A stretch of DNA of 64,000 nucleotides, from assembly GCF_009914755.1 (NCBI RefSeq), contig NC_060926.1. The stretch is one strand, 5' to 3'. The notes under the pieces were generated by a model. It saw nothing but the letters and a program-made list of their open reading frames with translations, had not been told where the DNA came from and made no database searches. Origin of the DNA: the human T2T-CHM13v2.0 reference genome, Homo sapiens. The position numbers were made by a program, and so were the translations under genes. How positions within the stretch are numbered: position 1 is the first letter of the stretch; each line of letters begins with the position of its first letter. Shown here piece after piece: positions 23,740 through 37,341 of the stretch.

Positions 23740-24295
23740 GGATGCTGATGAAGGGTGGTAGCAATGGGTGTTGATACTAGCAATGGTACTGATGATAATA
23801 GTCATGATGATGGTGATGGCAATGTATAATGATGCTTGTGAAGGTGGTGGTGATGGTGATCCTAGTGATGATTGGTGATAACAATGGTGATGATGTTTGT
23901 GAAGGAGATGGTGACTATATGATGATTATGGTGTTGATATTACTAGTGGTGAGGGGGCAATGATAGAAGATGGTGATCATGGTGGCAATGATTGTGGTGA
24001 TGTTAATACACTTGATCTTAGCCAACAGGCTGAGAAGCAATGTAGTTATCTTAATAGTAGTGATTATAAGTGGGGATGATTGTGGTGGTGGTGGTGATGA
24101 CTCTCAATGATGGTGATGGTGATGGTGATCATGGTGGAGATAATGGAGATAGTGATAAAGATGGCAGTGATGATGAGAGTGATGATGCTTATTGAATGGT
24201 GGCAATGTTGGTAATGGTTGTGAAGACTATAGTTATGGTGGTAATGATGGTGGTGATGAAGATGATGGTTTTAATGGCAGTAAGTTGATGATGCT
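23740..24295 (+). repeat. Degenerate (GAT/GGT)n trinucleotide array
   Basis: Long run of tgatgg/tggtga/tgataa units. Confidence 0.9.
24007..24041 (-). pseudogene. 3'-truncated U2 snRNA retrocopy (U2 nt 1-35)
   Basis: Reverse complement ATTGCTTCTCAGCCTGTTGGCTAAGATCAAGTGTA vs U2 5' end ATCGCTTCTCGGCCTTTTGGCTAAGATCAAGTGTA (32/35); degenerate TSD 23994-24008 / 24042-24056. Confidence 0.92.
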
Positions 24296-25387
24296 AGCTA
24301 CAGATATGCCCAGATCTTTATGGCCAGCATGCCTCTTGGTTTGGATTTCTCCTTCCCATTAAAACCCAACCCCAAAATCTAGCTCCCAAGCAAAGAGGGA
24401 TTTTCTGAGCAAATTGTTCTATGAGCTGAGAAGATTAGAACTCCTGGCACCAATTCCTTTCTTGAGAAGAATTGATGAACCAGAGCCAGGGTATAAGTGG
24501 AAGGATGAAGGGCTTGTGCTGTGAGCACTGATTTGGCTTCTTTGAAGACAGAATGAGAGAAAACACATGTAAGGACACACAGCAAGATTGGTCAGCTGTA
24601 GGATGAAGGAGGCAAAGTGCATACCCTCTCAAGCCAGAATCCACATCCACAGATCTGGGTCCCTGGATCCTTTTCCCTCTGTCCTGGAGAGAGCCCCACA
24701 CCTAGGGAGAGAGACATGGACAGTGAGTAAGTCCATGGCCTCATATGGCCAGATGGGGCCACTATGGCAATGTGTCGGGGAAGACCTCCAGGGACCAAAG
24801 GCTCAGGCTTGATGGGGATTGGAGTGCTTATCACACCTGCCATCCAAGATGGGAGGAGCCCACCGTGGCTTGCTTGGACCCAGCCACTCTCAGGGTGTGA
24901 GCCACAGAATGCACTGTGTGCTGGAGGATGGGAGAGAGTGAAATGAGAGGCTGACGACAGGCTGCTGGCTTAGGGGGGCAGTGTGATCTACGGGGCCATG
25001 TGGAGGTCAGCCGTGGGGAGGACAGGGCGGGCCAGAGCTGTCCCAGCTGCAGTGCAGCTGTTCACTGACCGGTCATCCAGACATTGCTGAGAACTGGAAA
25101 TGCTGCAGTGTTTTACCACCCAGCACAGGCCCTCCTTCTGGTCAGCTAGATGCAGCCCTTGCATCTCCGATCATCCCCAAGATCCTGCTCTGGAAGTACA
25201 ACCCGTGTTTCTCCCTGGCTGAATGGGGAACCCCCCATAATTAAACACAGAGACACAACTGGGAGCCCAGTGAAGTATGTAGGGCCGGGATGTCTTGTCT
25301 GCATGGCAAAGGCCCCTCCTCAAACAAGATTCTGAGCAAGTCCCATGACAAGTGTCAGCAGAACTGGGGAGAGAGTAGGGGAGGGCG

Positions 25388-25430
25388 AATCCCTGATTTA
25401 AAATCCCTGATTTAAATCCCTGATTTAAAA
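25388..25430 (+). repeat. Tandem triplication of ATCCCTGATTTAA(A)
   Basis: aatccctgatttaaaatccctgatttaaatccctgatttaaaa. Confidence 0.9.
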
Positions 25431-26039
25431 AGAACCGAGGAACTAAGTGGCCAGGGCTTGTGGAAGGCCCTGAGATGTCTGCGGACTAGGAAATAAAACT
25501 CAGAAAGAGGCTCAAAGGCACTGTGGAGGAAAAGGGGACACAGCTTCTTGAGGCCCAACTGGGTCTTGAGAAAGCTGCAGAGTTTCTGAACATGGGTCAG
25601 TGCCTTTCATTGGCTTGAAAATGAGTTTATTTCTGTACCTGGGTCTTAATCAGGGCATACCCTGTAATAAGATGCTTGCACCAATGGGTGGCTGGGAACT
25701 GAAATGTACCAGGCCTGTGCTCTGCTGTGGGGCTGCATCCTCCCTGAAGAAGGGGCATCTTTTCTTAACCTCACAAAGGCACTGTACAGGCTAATGAAGC
25801 ACTGCTCTAAATGTGCTTAGAGCGTCTTTTCCAACCCAGCTTGGCTTCATCCCAGTTACTCCAATATGGCCTACAGGCTTTAGCCAGGCCATTGGAAGGG
25901 ATAAATGGGATAGTATTCTCCAAGCTCTTCCACCACGAAGGCCTGGGGTTAGTTGAGTCAGCCCAATATCTGCAGTGAACACAGACAGGGTCCTTCCTCT
26001 TGAGGTGCTTGTGATAGTCACGGGAAGGAAGCCATGGTT

Positions 26040-26480
26040 ACTTAAATGATTACTTAGCATATGCTAAGGGCAATGATGAGAGCACATGAGCTGCACTCAC
26101 TTTGCCTGAAGGTCAGGTAAGATGTCTCTTTCTGAAGAGGTAACTCTTCCATTGAAATGTGAATGAATGGTAGGAGTTAGCAAGAAGAGAGTGAGGATTG
26201 GGAAAGTGTGGTAGGCAGGGGAACAAAGGTAGTGAGGGAGGAGGGAACTTGGACGTGGAGGGTCCTGAAACCCATTGTGGCTGTAATAGGTGAGAAGATG
26301 CCCAACTCAAGATAACATGGGAGGGCATTCAGGGTACGGATTGTGCTGAAATTGGTATTCCATTAAGGATGCTGACCTTTACCCTAAAAGCCCTTGAAAG
26401 CGCTGGAAGGATTTTAAGCAGGACAATGACATTCTCAGATTTGTATTCTGAAAAATCTCCCTGGCTGCTGAGTGGGAACA
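26040..26480 (-). mobile_element. L2 fragment
   Basis: 'ctggaaggattttaagcaggacaatgacattctcagatttgtattctgaaaaatctccctggctgctg' antisense L2. Confidence 0.8.
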
Positions 26481-29319
26481 ACTTCAGAACAGAGAAGGGG
26501 GAGGTTGGTTGACAGCAGCTTCATTAGAAAGGCTGGAGCTGCAGAGAAGCAGGTGCTCCCTGGAATTCTGTCTAACTCAAAGGGGGCTCTTGGAATTTAG
26601 TCTCCATTCTGCGTACCAAGTTCTGTGTTCCACCCATACCTGGGCTGGACCAGCCTAACCCTTGGTCAGATTTCATCTTGGGCTGGAATCCTGATTGTAC
26701 TTCATAATCCTTTTTTTTAAATGGAGGAAGAAGATAGAAAGAGCCCAGCACTTTGTATACTGCAGGGTCTTGATCAATACTTGGCAAACGAAGAAACAGT
26801 AGAGAAACAGAGAGGCAGTTGGTGAAAACCAACAGTAGAGATGCCCCATCTTTCTGCAATTTGATGAAGTTCTATTATGATCAGGAGAGTAGCGATACAA
26901 GGTCAGTATGGAGAAGGGAAAGAAAGAGGAGGAGGGGCAAAGGAGAAAGAGAAGGAAACCTTAGTCAAGAGCTAACTCTGGGCAAAATTTCCACAAAGGC
27001 TCTTGTCTTTGACCTGCCCTCATTCCTTTTCTGGAGCACCTCCTCTAGCCAGCCAGAGACAATCACCATGCTCCCAACCCCCATGGGCTCCCAGGGGTCC
27101 CCGCTCCTCTACCCACTATCTCTTCCAGACACCCATGTGCCCACAGGGTCCTGGTCTCAGTCGGAAGTGCAGGAACTCTAGAGTATGCATGAGGACAAGG
27201 CCTAGACTTTGCAGAGGGCCTTGCATTTAAAAAAAATACTATTCCTCAAACAAATTCACAGTAAGCACATTTTTAGGGAGTTGGGGAAAGGGAAGGAAAA
27301 AGTCAAGGTGGTAGAAAGGCAGCTGTTTGGGACTCTGGGCACCTGGGGGATGGCCTTCCCCTCTGAACCTGACCACAGGAGCATCAGGCTCCTCCCACTG
27401 TGCCCTTCGTGCCTCCAGATAAGCTCCAGGTCTTCCTCTCCAGAGTCCATGGTCACCATATGGACAAGAGGGGCAGCAGGGAGGGTGGGAGCAGAGGGTA
27501 TCAGGACTGCGCAGGAAATTCTGGAGTCAACATCTGCTTGGGACTCCCTTTTCAACCCTTTGAGGCCCCACTTTGGAGCCATCTCACCAGAGACCCAAAT
27601 ACATGCAGACAGCCAGGCCGTGACTTAGCACATGGAGTGGAGTTTCAGGAGCCCACATGAATGGGATGAGAGAAGTATGAAATAAGTGACTTCCACATTT
27701 TGGAGAGATTCAGGGTGCTGGTGGAGATTCAGGTGAGAGTTAAGGGAGGGAGCTCAGAGATCCCTGGAGACCTCAGGAGAGCTGCACAGTAGTAGAGTCC
27801 TCAGAGAGGCCTAGGAGAGGACACAACTGTAGCTCTCTGGAAGGGATAGTGTTTGATTAAAGGGGATAAGGACATCGTAAACACTGCATCACCCTCCATA
27901 ACATTGGCATTGATGAAGCTGCCATCTTATTTGGGGCTGCTGATGAGAATGACCTAGGTTCTAGTGGGGAAAGAAGTTTGATGAACCCCAGAGTATTGCC
28001 ATGAGCTTCATACAAGCCAGGGGAAGTGGTGTCCCCTGAGGCCTCAGACATCTGGTCTCTCAGGTGTCTCACATCCCACACTTGAGAGTTGGCTGGATGA
28101 GCTTTTGGGGTCATTGTGAGGGGACAGCTGGGGTCAAATGAAGGTGAGAGTTAAGGGTCAATCATTGTGCAGGTCAGGGAGGTCAGAGCCAGGCTTAGGG
28201 GACAGCCTGAGGGATAGCTGGTCTTTGATTAGAGTATGGTCTCAGTTTGGGCCTGGTTTATGGGCCTGTCTCTGCTGGGGTGAAGCTAACAGTACAGAAA
28301 TTATACCCTCAAATGGGGCCTATGCTTTGGGGCTCCAGCTTCATAAGAACTATTCTGAAAGGTCTAAACCAGCAGACTACTTTTCAGGGACAGGGAAAGG
28401 GAGTGACAGGACAGGAGGAGCCTCCTGGGTGAGGAGGTGGCAGTTCTTGGGACCTGACAGTGAGGAAGAGAATGAAATGGCCTTGAGGGGAGGTAGAAGG
28501 AGGGTTTGTGGAGATTCAGGCCAAGATTCCAGCAGGCAACTGAAAGCCAGAAGCTTGAGAGGTGGTGAGATATTAGAGTGAGATGGGAGAGGGGGCCTGG
28601 CTATTCCTGGGAGCCCAGACCATCTTGGAATGCTGTGGAGGAACAAAATGTTCCGGCCTTCCCTGGCGTCTGGAGTCCAAGGATGAGCGATATCTGCCTC
28701 CTCATGTTCTGGGTGGCGGCAGGCAGGAGGTGGCCTTGGATCTGGACCCCCTGGGAATCCAGCAAGTGGAAGGAGGTGCTGAGGAAGTAGAGAGGGAGCC
28801 AGCATGGAGGAGCAGGGGTGTATAGATGAGGGAGGCTAAAGAAACCCACTCCCTTGACAACATTCATCAGGGCTTTGGGAGCTGGGTCCAGCCAGGCCTC
28901 CCTTCCTCTTGACCACTTCCAGAATAGGGGTGAGCCCTGAGTACCCACACCCCAGGATGGCAAAAAAGGAGCCATCAGATGGAACCTTTGAGGTCCATAT
29001 GGCTGGCGAGTCTGTATCCCACAGGATCGGGGACCATTCCCAAGGCTGTGGCGGACACTGGACACCCAGGAAGAGAGGCAGAGGCCAGAAAGTTCAACCA
29101 GGCACTAGGGAGCTATGGGTCCTGGGCAGGTGGGAGGAGTTTGTTCTCTGTATGATGGATTGGTTCGTTTTAGAGAGACCGATGAAGCTGCAATGCGTGG
29201 TGAGGGAAGAGAGGATGGACTGCAGGTGTCTGCCCCATGGTGTCTTTCGTTGTCTGTTTCCCATCCATTCTTGGGCTCCTTTTTCTCTCCCATCCTTTTA
29301 TAGTGAGTTCAGGCCTTTG

Positions 29320-29465
29320 CACATTCATGCATTCATTCATCCATTCAATAAATATCAAGCATCTCTATTGTGCCAGCACTGCTTGAGAGACTTGGGACAA
29401 GAGAACATCTGTGAACAAGAGACACCAAGGTCCAGCCTGCATGGGGCTCACCTTCCAGTGAGAGC
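29320..29465 (-). mobile_element. L2 3' end
   Basis: (cattcatt)n tail then 'caataaatatcaagcatctctattgtgccagcactg'. Confidence 0.8.
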
Positions 29466-29999
29466 CCAGGTCTGGAAGAGCTGTAGGTGGGAGGCAGTGG
29501 GGAGTTGTGGAACAGGGAGGGGGTTTTGGCCATTAATCTGGGAGCTGGGCAGAGCTTGGGCCTCTGGGAGGAGATTAAGAGCGAGGTCCAGGCCTGGGCT
29601 TCAGAGTGATGCTAAGAGGATCTCACAGCAGAGCTTCAGACTCAGGAACAAGTTTGGTTGGATACTGGCACAAGGTAGAACCCTTTGGCAGGCTGTGGGC
29701 CCAGGGTCCAGGCTGCCTGAGGATGGGCCCTACACTGCCCAGGCCCCTCCTCCCTCTGGCCCACCTGAGTGTCAGGAACAGAGGGGTGTGTGCTGGGGAC
29801 TGTATGCAGAGTGGGTCCTGGCTCTGTTCAGAGCATGCGCTGGCTGTCTGATCTGGGGGGCTCTGTCTTCCCATCCTCTTAGGCTGGTGAAGGATTCAAC
29901 ATTTTCAGCAGAAGATCCTCCAAGGGAGGATTTCTTCTGGAATACTTCAAATTGCCTTTTTTGCTTCCTGGGTGCCTGAGAAGCTGTAGTTTCATGTTA

Positions 30000-30125
30000 G
30001 TCCCCACTATGTCGGTGGGGTGAGAGGTCAGGATTTGTCTCCCTCTTCTACAAATGGGCACACTGAGTTCCTGACCATTCAGGGTGAGCTCAATGCTACA
30101 AACACAGCTGGTGGTAGAATTAGGC
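30000..30125 (-). mobile_element. Degenerate MIR
   Basis: 'ttctacaaatgggcacactgag...acacagctggtggtagaattagg'. Confidence 0.5.
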
Positions 30126-32989
30126 CTGCATGCCTGCTCTGCAGAGTCCGGGCAGCTCCCCTCATTCTGGTGGGACCCAAAGCAGGGGCTGGAGGCAAGG
30201 AATGCCTTAGTCTCTCTCAAAGGGACAGAGGAACAAGAAGGAGCAGGTGGGGCCAGAGCTCTGTCGTGTGGTCATGGCTGTGATATAGGGAACCCTAAAT
30301 GCAGTTCAGATGAGGAAGGAGAATATGTAAGGAAATCCTCCATTTTCCCCTCACCTCCTCTCCCCTGGTTCCTGGGGGCCATGCTGAGCTGAGAATGAAG
30401 CCAGAAGTCAGGGCTGCCGGCCCTGATATGGGGGGGATGCCCCACGGAGTCCAGCCTCTTGAAGCAATAGCAGAATGGTGCCTGTGCTGGCCTGTCAGAG
30501 ACCTCTTGGTGTGCTGGAGCTGAGCTTGCTCAGCGCAACCTTGACCCTCTTCTGCTTGGTCTCTCTCTCCAGCTCTGCTTCTCAGCCTGAACCTGCTTTC
30601 CATCCCTGGTACTCTGTTTCCCTGGGACTCTCTTTGCTCTCCCTGTCTCTACTTCTGACCTTCTTTTGCTTCCTATGATTGATCTCCCCGCCAGTTGTGG
30701 CCAATCTGTGTCATCGCTACATGGATACCACAAAACTGGTCTCCAGGGAACATCTGCTGGATTCCTTTAGTAGACTATAAGTAGCTGCTCAGATGTGTGT
30801 CTTTCCGTGCTTAGGGGCCCTCTGAGCCTTGGGGTACAGCTCTTTCTGATGGCTCATTGATCTTCCTTGGGGGTGTGGGTGGCAGCCGATCCCCCCAGCT
30901 CTAGCCCCATCTCCTGGATCTGCATCTCCTGCTCTCAGCCCCAGGGCTGCCTGCACCCCTCCCTTTGCAGGCAGCCTCCTGGCTGACTTCACTCCCTGTC
31001 ACATTCCTGGCTGTGAAAGGGACCTCTTTCAGGGCCCTGGGGAAATGACATGAGTTTGTTTGTTTTTCTCCTGTCTCTACTTCAAGGGCTCCACTGGCAA
31101 AAACAACACCCTGATGACTTCCAGCTCTTCTCCTCCTTTGCCCTGAACATGGGAAAGACAGCCTCCACTTTCAGATGTGTCAGCTGACAGAGGAGGAGCA
31201 AAGGGGGTAGTCTTTAGGATGGCCACCTGTCCCACTGCCCTTTTGTGGAGCAGGTACAGAGCCACCTGGTACCCACAAAGGCACCTCTATGTACCCACCC
31301 CAGTGACCTCCCAGGAGAGGCGGGAAGACTATTGTTTAAAACTAAGGGTTGGGTAAGGCATGCCTCAACTCAGAGAAATGGAGGTAAAGAGCAAATATTG
31401 AGACAGCTTGTAAGATCAGAAAGCTTTTCCAGCACCTCTCACACCACACTGTGCAAGATTAAGCCTTCTCAGAGTGATGGTGTGTGCTCCTGTACAGCTT
31501 AACTCTGTTGAACCTTCAGAATCACGATTAGGAGAGACTGCCCTCTCACTGGCAGAATCAGTAAGAAGGCATAGTAGGCACCTGGGGCACAGCAGGTGTC
31601 CACTCTCCAGGCTCCAAAGATGAGCTTCTGAAGACCAGACTCTCTTTTAAGGAACAAAGAAGGCAGCTGCAGTTGCCTTTAAGGGACAGTGCTTGGGTAA
31701 AAGAGGCCAATGTTGAAAGTCCATGGATGAACAGGGTGAATAACTGAGGACATTGTACATATCATATCCGCCTCCACAACCTTGCCATCAGTGGGGCCAC
31801 CATCTTGGGCCTTGGGTCTATGGCCTAGGTTCTAATAAGGGAAGAAGTTGAACTGACCCCAAGAGGAGAGCAGAGCTTTATTAACAGGAACGTTGTGTGT
31901 AAACTCCAGACAAGCCCAGCAGCCACAGAGAAGTGGCCCAGGGTCAGAGTAGGACTCCAAAGAACCCTTTTGATGGCAGAGGCATCTCTATGAAGCAGTG
32001 AATGCAGGGATAGCTCTAGGGATATTTAGGAACACTTAGGGAGCCAAACAAGAGCTGCATGACTATCCAGTCCATCTGCCATGGATTCTTAAAATGCAAG
32101 GGAAGCTGATGAGGCTCAAAGTGTCCACACAGAAGCTGATACAGGAAAACAGCAACAAGGAGGCCATGGAGGATGGGACATTCCGCTTCTTCAAAACCTC
32201 AGGGTTCAGGCCTCTGCTCCCCACTTAGGAGGAGCAGCCACTTGCCCTAAGAAAAACCATTGCATAAAATTCACTTGAGGTTGCAGAGGAGAAACAGTGT
32301 CATCTTAAGCTTTTTCAAATGTCTGCTTTGTGTCTGCCATGGTGGACAAGACTTTGGCTGATTTGATTCCATAAGGTTAGACCTATGGCCCTTCCCTTGT
32401 AAGCCTTTTGCCTTATGAGAAAACAGACACTAGCCTTTGGGGAACTTCTGTTTGTTCTGATCAGTAAAATACATTTTCTTCCCTGGTGAGCTAGGTCTCA
32501 GGGAACCTCACCCTTGTAGATCCACTGCTCAGCCTAAAGAATAAAGAGGACTCATGGACATGAGACATATGCACAGGAACACAGAATGAACAGTGATTGC
32601 AGCAGGCTCAAAACTATGCTGGGGGGGGTGTTGGGTAGACCATGGAGAGTGGAACCAGCTGAAGTTGACCAGGAGAGCCGTCTGAGGAGTCTTCAAAGAC
32701 AATGAGAGGCATAGATTGGAAGAGAGGTGAAAAGAGGTGTCATGGAAGAGAGGCTGGTAGGAATGAAAAGCCCTGTGTGGCTGTGCACCAACAGAATGGT
32801 GCTGTTGGAGGCCACCAGCATCAGCATTCTAGCGTCTCAGGACAGATAAAGACCATCCGGCCCAAACTGAGTTGTTGTCTCTGCGTTTCCCTGACATCAT
32901 ATTTTCTCCTCGTCCCTGACTTTTGAACATGCTTCATGGAGCTGTCTGTATTCCTCTTGACATGTAGTATTCAGAACTTAATCTCTCTT

Positions 32990-33530
32990 CTACTCATTCA
33001 ATCAACATATTTAGCATATTCTATTTTCTAGGTACCATGCTGAGGGCCAGGAGTACAAAGATGAATAAGAGCCAGTTTGGTCTTCAGGGAGTCATTAGTC
33101 TAATGCAGTTGTGTTCAATAGAACTTTCTGTGATGAAGAAAATGTTCTCAATCTGTATTGTCTAACATGGAAGCCTCTAGCTACATGTAGCTACTGTGTA
33201 CTAAAATGTGGCTAGGGCAGTTGAATAATTGAGTTTTTAATGTTATTGAATTGTAATTAATTTAACTTTAAACATAACATTCCCCTGTGGCTAAGCGAAG
33301 CTATATTAGACAGCACAATCTAAAGGGAAAGAGACAAGTAACCAGGCTGTTACATGATCAGGACAGCATGGTCAGAGCTGTCACTGTGGTTGGGTCAAGG
33401 AAGTAGAGGAGAGAGAGTGAATGGATCTGCCTGGGAATTAAGAAGGCTTCCCAAAGAAGGGGGCATTTGAGATAAGTCTGGGATGATCAGCAAGATGTGC
33501 TTGATGATGGGGAGGGGGCGTGTGTGGGTA
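32990..33530 (-). mobile_element. L2 3' fragment interrupted by MER3
   Basis: 'tcattcaatcaacatatttagc...tacaaagatgaataagagcc' continues after MER3 with 'gaaggcttcccaaagaaggggg catttgag'. Confidence 0.75.
33106..33318 (+). mobile_element. MER3 hAT-Charlie MITE
   Basis: 'caatagaactttctgtgatgaagaaaatgttct...tgtggcta...tattagacagcaca'; 8-bp TSD-like flanks gtctaatg / atctaaag. Confidence 0.9.
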
Positions 33531-34139
33531 GAAGGCTCACACTAACAATTCTTGTGTTTTTTTTTTTTTTTTATAGACTTCCCAGCTGGGCTCTCCCATA
33601 GGTTAACCAAAAGAGTTGGGCTTGAGCAAGAAGATGCAGATGTGCTCTGCCCACTGGCCTGGCTCTCTGCCCTCCTCAGTCCCCAGGGGGTGGGTGATGA
33701 CAGATGGACTCATGACTCTCCCAAGTTTGAGGGATCCAAGGGGCTGAACTGACCCTGGGAATGATGATTGTACCCAAGGGGAGGGTGCGGGGGTATCTGG
33801 AGACCATCTGGAAATCTGGGAAGCATTTAGAGGAAAAGGATTGACGCAGCGGGAGTAGGTTTCTGGGAGCCAGTTCTCAAGAGGAGGCCAAGAGCTACTC
33901 CCAGGGTCAAACCAATCCTTCCGTCCAGATGGAACAATGGGGGAGCAGTGCTTGGGGCACTGTGGGGCAGTTGGAGAACAGCTATTGCGGGGCTTGGCCA
34001 AAGAGTAGGAGATAGGGTTTTCCAGGGCTCTTCTGTGCTCTAGAGTCCTTGGTGGTTGACGCCACCCCCACCAGACTAAGGTCCCCCGTGGATGAGGCCT
34101 AGTGTGTTGCCCTAGAGAAGAGGGAGTTCAAAAGGTAGA

Positions 34140-34985
34140 TATTTAATTTCTGCATGCCTAAAGTAGAACTCCTGATTTATCCTTTGAAGACTCACCACAC
34201 CCTCAAGCGTTTCCATCTCAAGATAGCGACACCACCCAACAAGCCACACCATTCAGAAGCCTGGGAGTAATTGTGGATTCTCCCCTCTTTCTTATTTCCC
34301 ACAATGTCTACATCATTAGCAGGTTTTGCTGATTCTCCCTCCAAAATACATCTCTAGATCATTTACTTCTCTCCATTTCCACTGACACAATTTTGTCCAA
34401 GCTTCTCTAATTTTTCAACTGGGGATTTGCCTTTAACCAGTGTTCCTATTTCCTAAGCTTCCCTCTTCAATCTATTTTACACCTAGAGGTTTGAGCAATT
34501 TTTTAAAATTAGGTTTTTTATTCACCTGCCTAAAACATTTTCTATGGGTTTTCATTGTACTTGGAATAAAATCCATCCTCCTTAACAAGGTCAAAAAAGG
34601 GCCTGCATGACTCGGTCCTGATCCATCTTCAACATCCTCTCACAGAAGTAGCCCCCTGCGCAGGATGCTCCTGTACATGGTTGAGTCTTCCAGTTCTTCA
34701 GAGAAGCCAAACGCTCTCCTGCTACCAAGAATTTGCCTATGTAGTGGCTGCTCTCCCTTTTCTCACCCTTGACACTTCCATGTGTGTATCCTCTCTCCTT
34801 CTCTCCCACAGCACATTCTTTCTTTACTTTCCTTCATAACAGAATTTAACATTTGTTTTCTCGTTGACTGTCTCTTTCACTAAACTCTAAAGTCTGTCAA
34901 AGCAGGCATGTGTTCTTCACTATATACTAAGCAGCTGGTGGGCTGCCTTGCACACAGAAGGGACTAAAGAAGTATGCATCAAAAA
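34140..34985 (+). mobile_element. L2 fragment
   Basis: 'aagtagaactcctgatt...ttctccctccaaaatacatctctagatcatttacttctctccatttccact...aataaaatccatcctccttaaca'. Confidence 0.8.
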
Positions 34986-37341
34986 GATACATACTTATTT
35001 ACATGAAAAAGAGTTGTTTTCCTTTTTTGCAGTCCTACAAAATCAACACTGTTCTCTGGTAGGAAGAGACGGCTAACCCAAGGGCTTCCCACATTGGCTT
35101 TCGCTGTTACTGAAGTTTGTCCTACATTTTCCCAATCTCTCTTCAGCAAATGTCAGATAAGTCAGACTTTTCAGGGATTACTAAAGTCCTGTGGATTTTC
35201 CAGCAACTCTGATTCATTTTTATGTCAATTCTAGTGTTTGTGAACACAGAGCTGGTAGTTGCATGAACATTGTGATGGGGCCAATCCTTTCCCAGTCGAG
35301 GACTGACTAGGATTTCCATAAAATTTTTATTTTCCTAACACCTCTCCATCTCTAGAAAAAAATGTGTGTGGTGTGAGAATAGGAGACCTCCATCCCTGAG
35401 AACCCTTTTAGACAGCAGGGGACCAAGTAGCCAATCCTGATGAAAAGGTCTCTGTGGACCAGAAGAAGCTTCAGGCCCAGGTAATGTCAGACGTAGGCGT
35501 GGGGAAGGAAACTGTTTCCTCTTTTCCTGAACTTTCATTTTCATATTTATGGTCTTTCTTCTGAGCATTATAGATCAGCCCTCAAGGCAATATGGTAGTG
35601 AGGCTGAGAGCTCAGGCTTTGCAGGCAGACTGCCTGGGCTCAAAACCTATGTGACTGGGGCAAGTCACAGGATGGCTGTCCCAGTGTCCTGATCTGTCTT
35701 CTGAGTGCCTCTCCCCCTCCATCAGACTTTAATCCTGTCTGTTACCTCCAAGACCATTCTAATAGAGGTCATATGGAAGGAGCAGTTGGTGGATTGGGCT
35801 ATCCTGGGTGCCTGCTTCTAACATGGTTACCATCCTTGTGGCTCATGTCCTGGAAGGGCACAGACCTAAAGTCTGGGTCTGAAAACAGAGCCAGCTGCCA
35901 TATCCTCAAACTTGGCTCACAAATGCCCTCCATAGATGCTCACCACATTTCTCTCCTTTAACCAGGAGCTCACCCATAATGGAAAAATGTCACAACTTGC
36001 TCATTGCTTTTTATTTAAAAAAAAGTCTGTTCACTCTGCCCCACATTATAAAAGCAATTCACAGAAATGCAGAAATGGTTCAATGTTAAGAAATTTATTC
36101 ATGTAATGTATCACACAAATAAGACATCAAATGCATAATCATTTATTTTTAATTAAAAATTTTCAATCAGCTTGACGTAGAATGATATTTTCTTACTTAG
36201 TAAAGAGTATCAAAGTTTATCCAGATAACTTTGTCCAAAATGGTAAAATACCAATAAAGTCAGGGAATACTATTGCTACAGTTTTTCAGCTTAGTTCTGA
36301 ACATCCTAGACAATGCAATAAGAAAAAAAATGAGTAGCACAAATATGGGAAATGAAGAGGCAACAACACCACTATTTTCATAATTTCATTTCATTTGATT
36401 GTCTCCAAATTGGATATCTATTGGCTCTCCAGCATCTGTTGCTTCTTCTTCCTCACCAATTTCACTTGAGGATCCATTCCTTCATACAGTCTTGCTCCAT
36501 GTAATCTGGATGGAACTCCTCTTTCAGCAAAAGAGTGAAGTCTGTGACCCAGGCCTAGCCAATTAAAACACTCCATGCCCTTAGGTCATTTGGTGATGGC
36601 CATGACCAAGTGCATGTAGCCTGAGAATTAATCTTACAGATCCAAAGGCCAAGGAGAGATATGGAGAAAAACTATATTTTCCTAATGTCAGTCTTTCCTC
36701 TGGATTTTTCTTTCTGAGAGCAAATATGTTTGCTTTTTGTTTTTAAAAAATTAAAATTAAAAATTCCTAGTTAATACAGCTACTAAAAAATACAAAAGAA
36801 TAAATGGAAAAGCGATGATAATTAATATGAGGATATCCTAAGTTAGCTAAATATAAGATAAACATAGCTTTTCTATATGTTGTCAATAATCATTAGAAAA
36901 TAAAACTAAATTATTTCTCATTAGCAATAGTAAAAAAAATCATAAACTTCACAATAAATATTCAACATCTGCAAGGAAACCATAGATGTCACTGAATGAT
37001 GAAACACTTGTTTCAATGGAAAGACAGATTCATTATTGCAAAGATGGCAACACTCCCCCAAATCAACCAATAAATTCAATGGAATTCCATCAAGTCCCAA
37101 TTTTCTTTTCTTTTTTGAAATTATGTGGTTTAGCATATTGGTTGTAAAGTTCATTTGAAAGAGTAAATGAAAGAAAATGGCATAGGTTATTTTGTTTGAG
37201 AAGAGTCCAGCCAGATACCAAAATATTCTATAAAGCAACACTAACCAAAACTATGCAATATTGATGCAAGCACAAATAGACAAGGAAATAGAGAATGGTG
37301 TCTAGCAACAGATTCATGTATATTTTTGAAAATTTAGTATA

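Noticed and set aside
28909-29979. 356-aa ORF on + strand
   Set aside because: Reads through an antisense L2 tail (HIHAFIHPFNKY); non-ATG start; no domain
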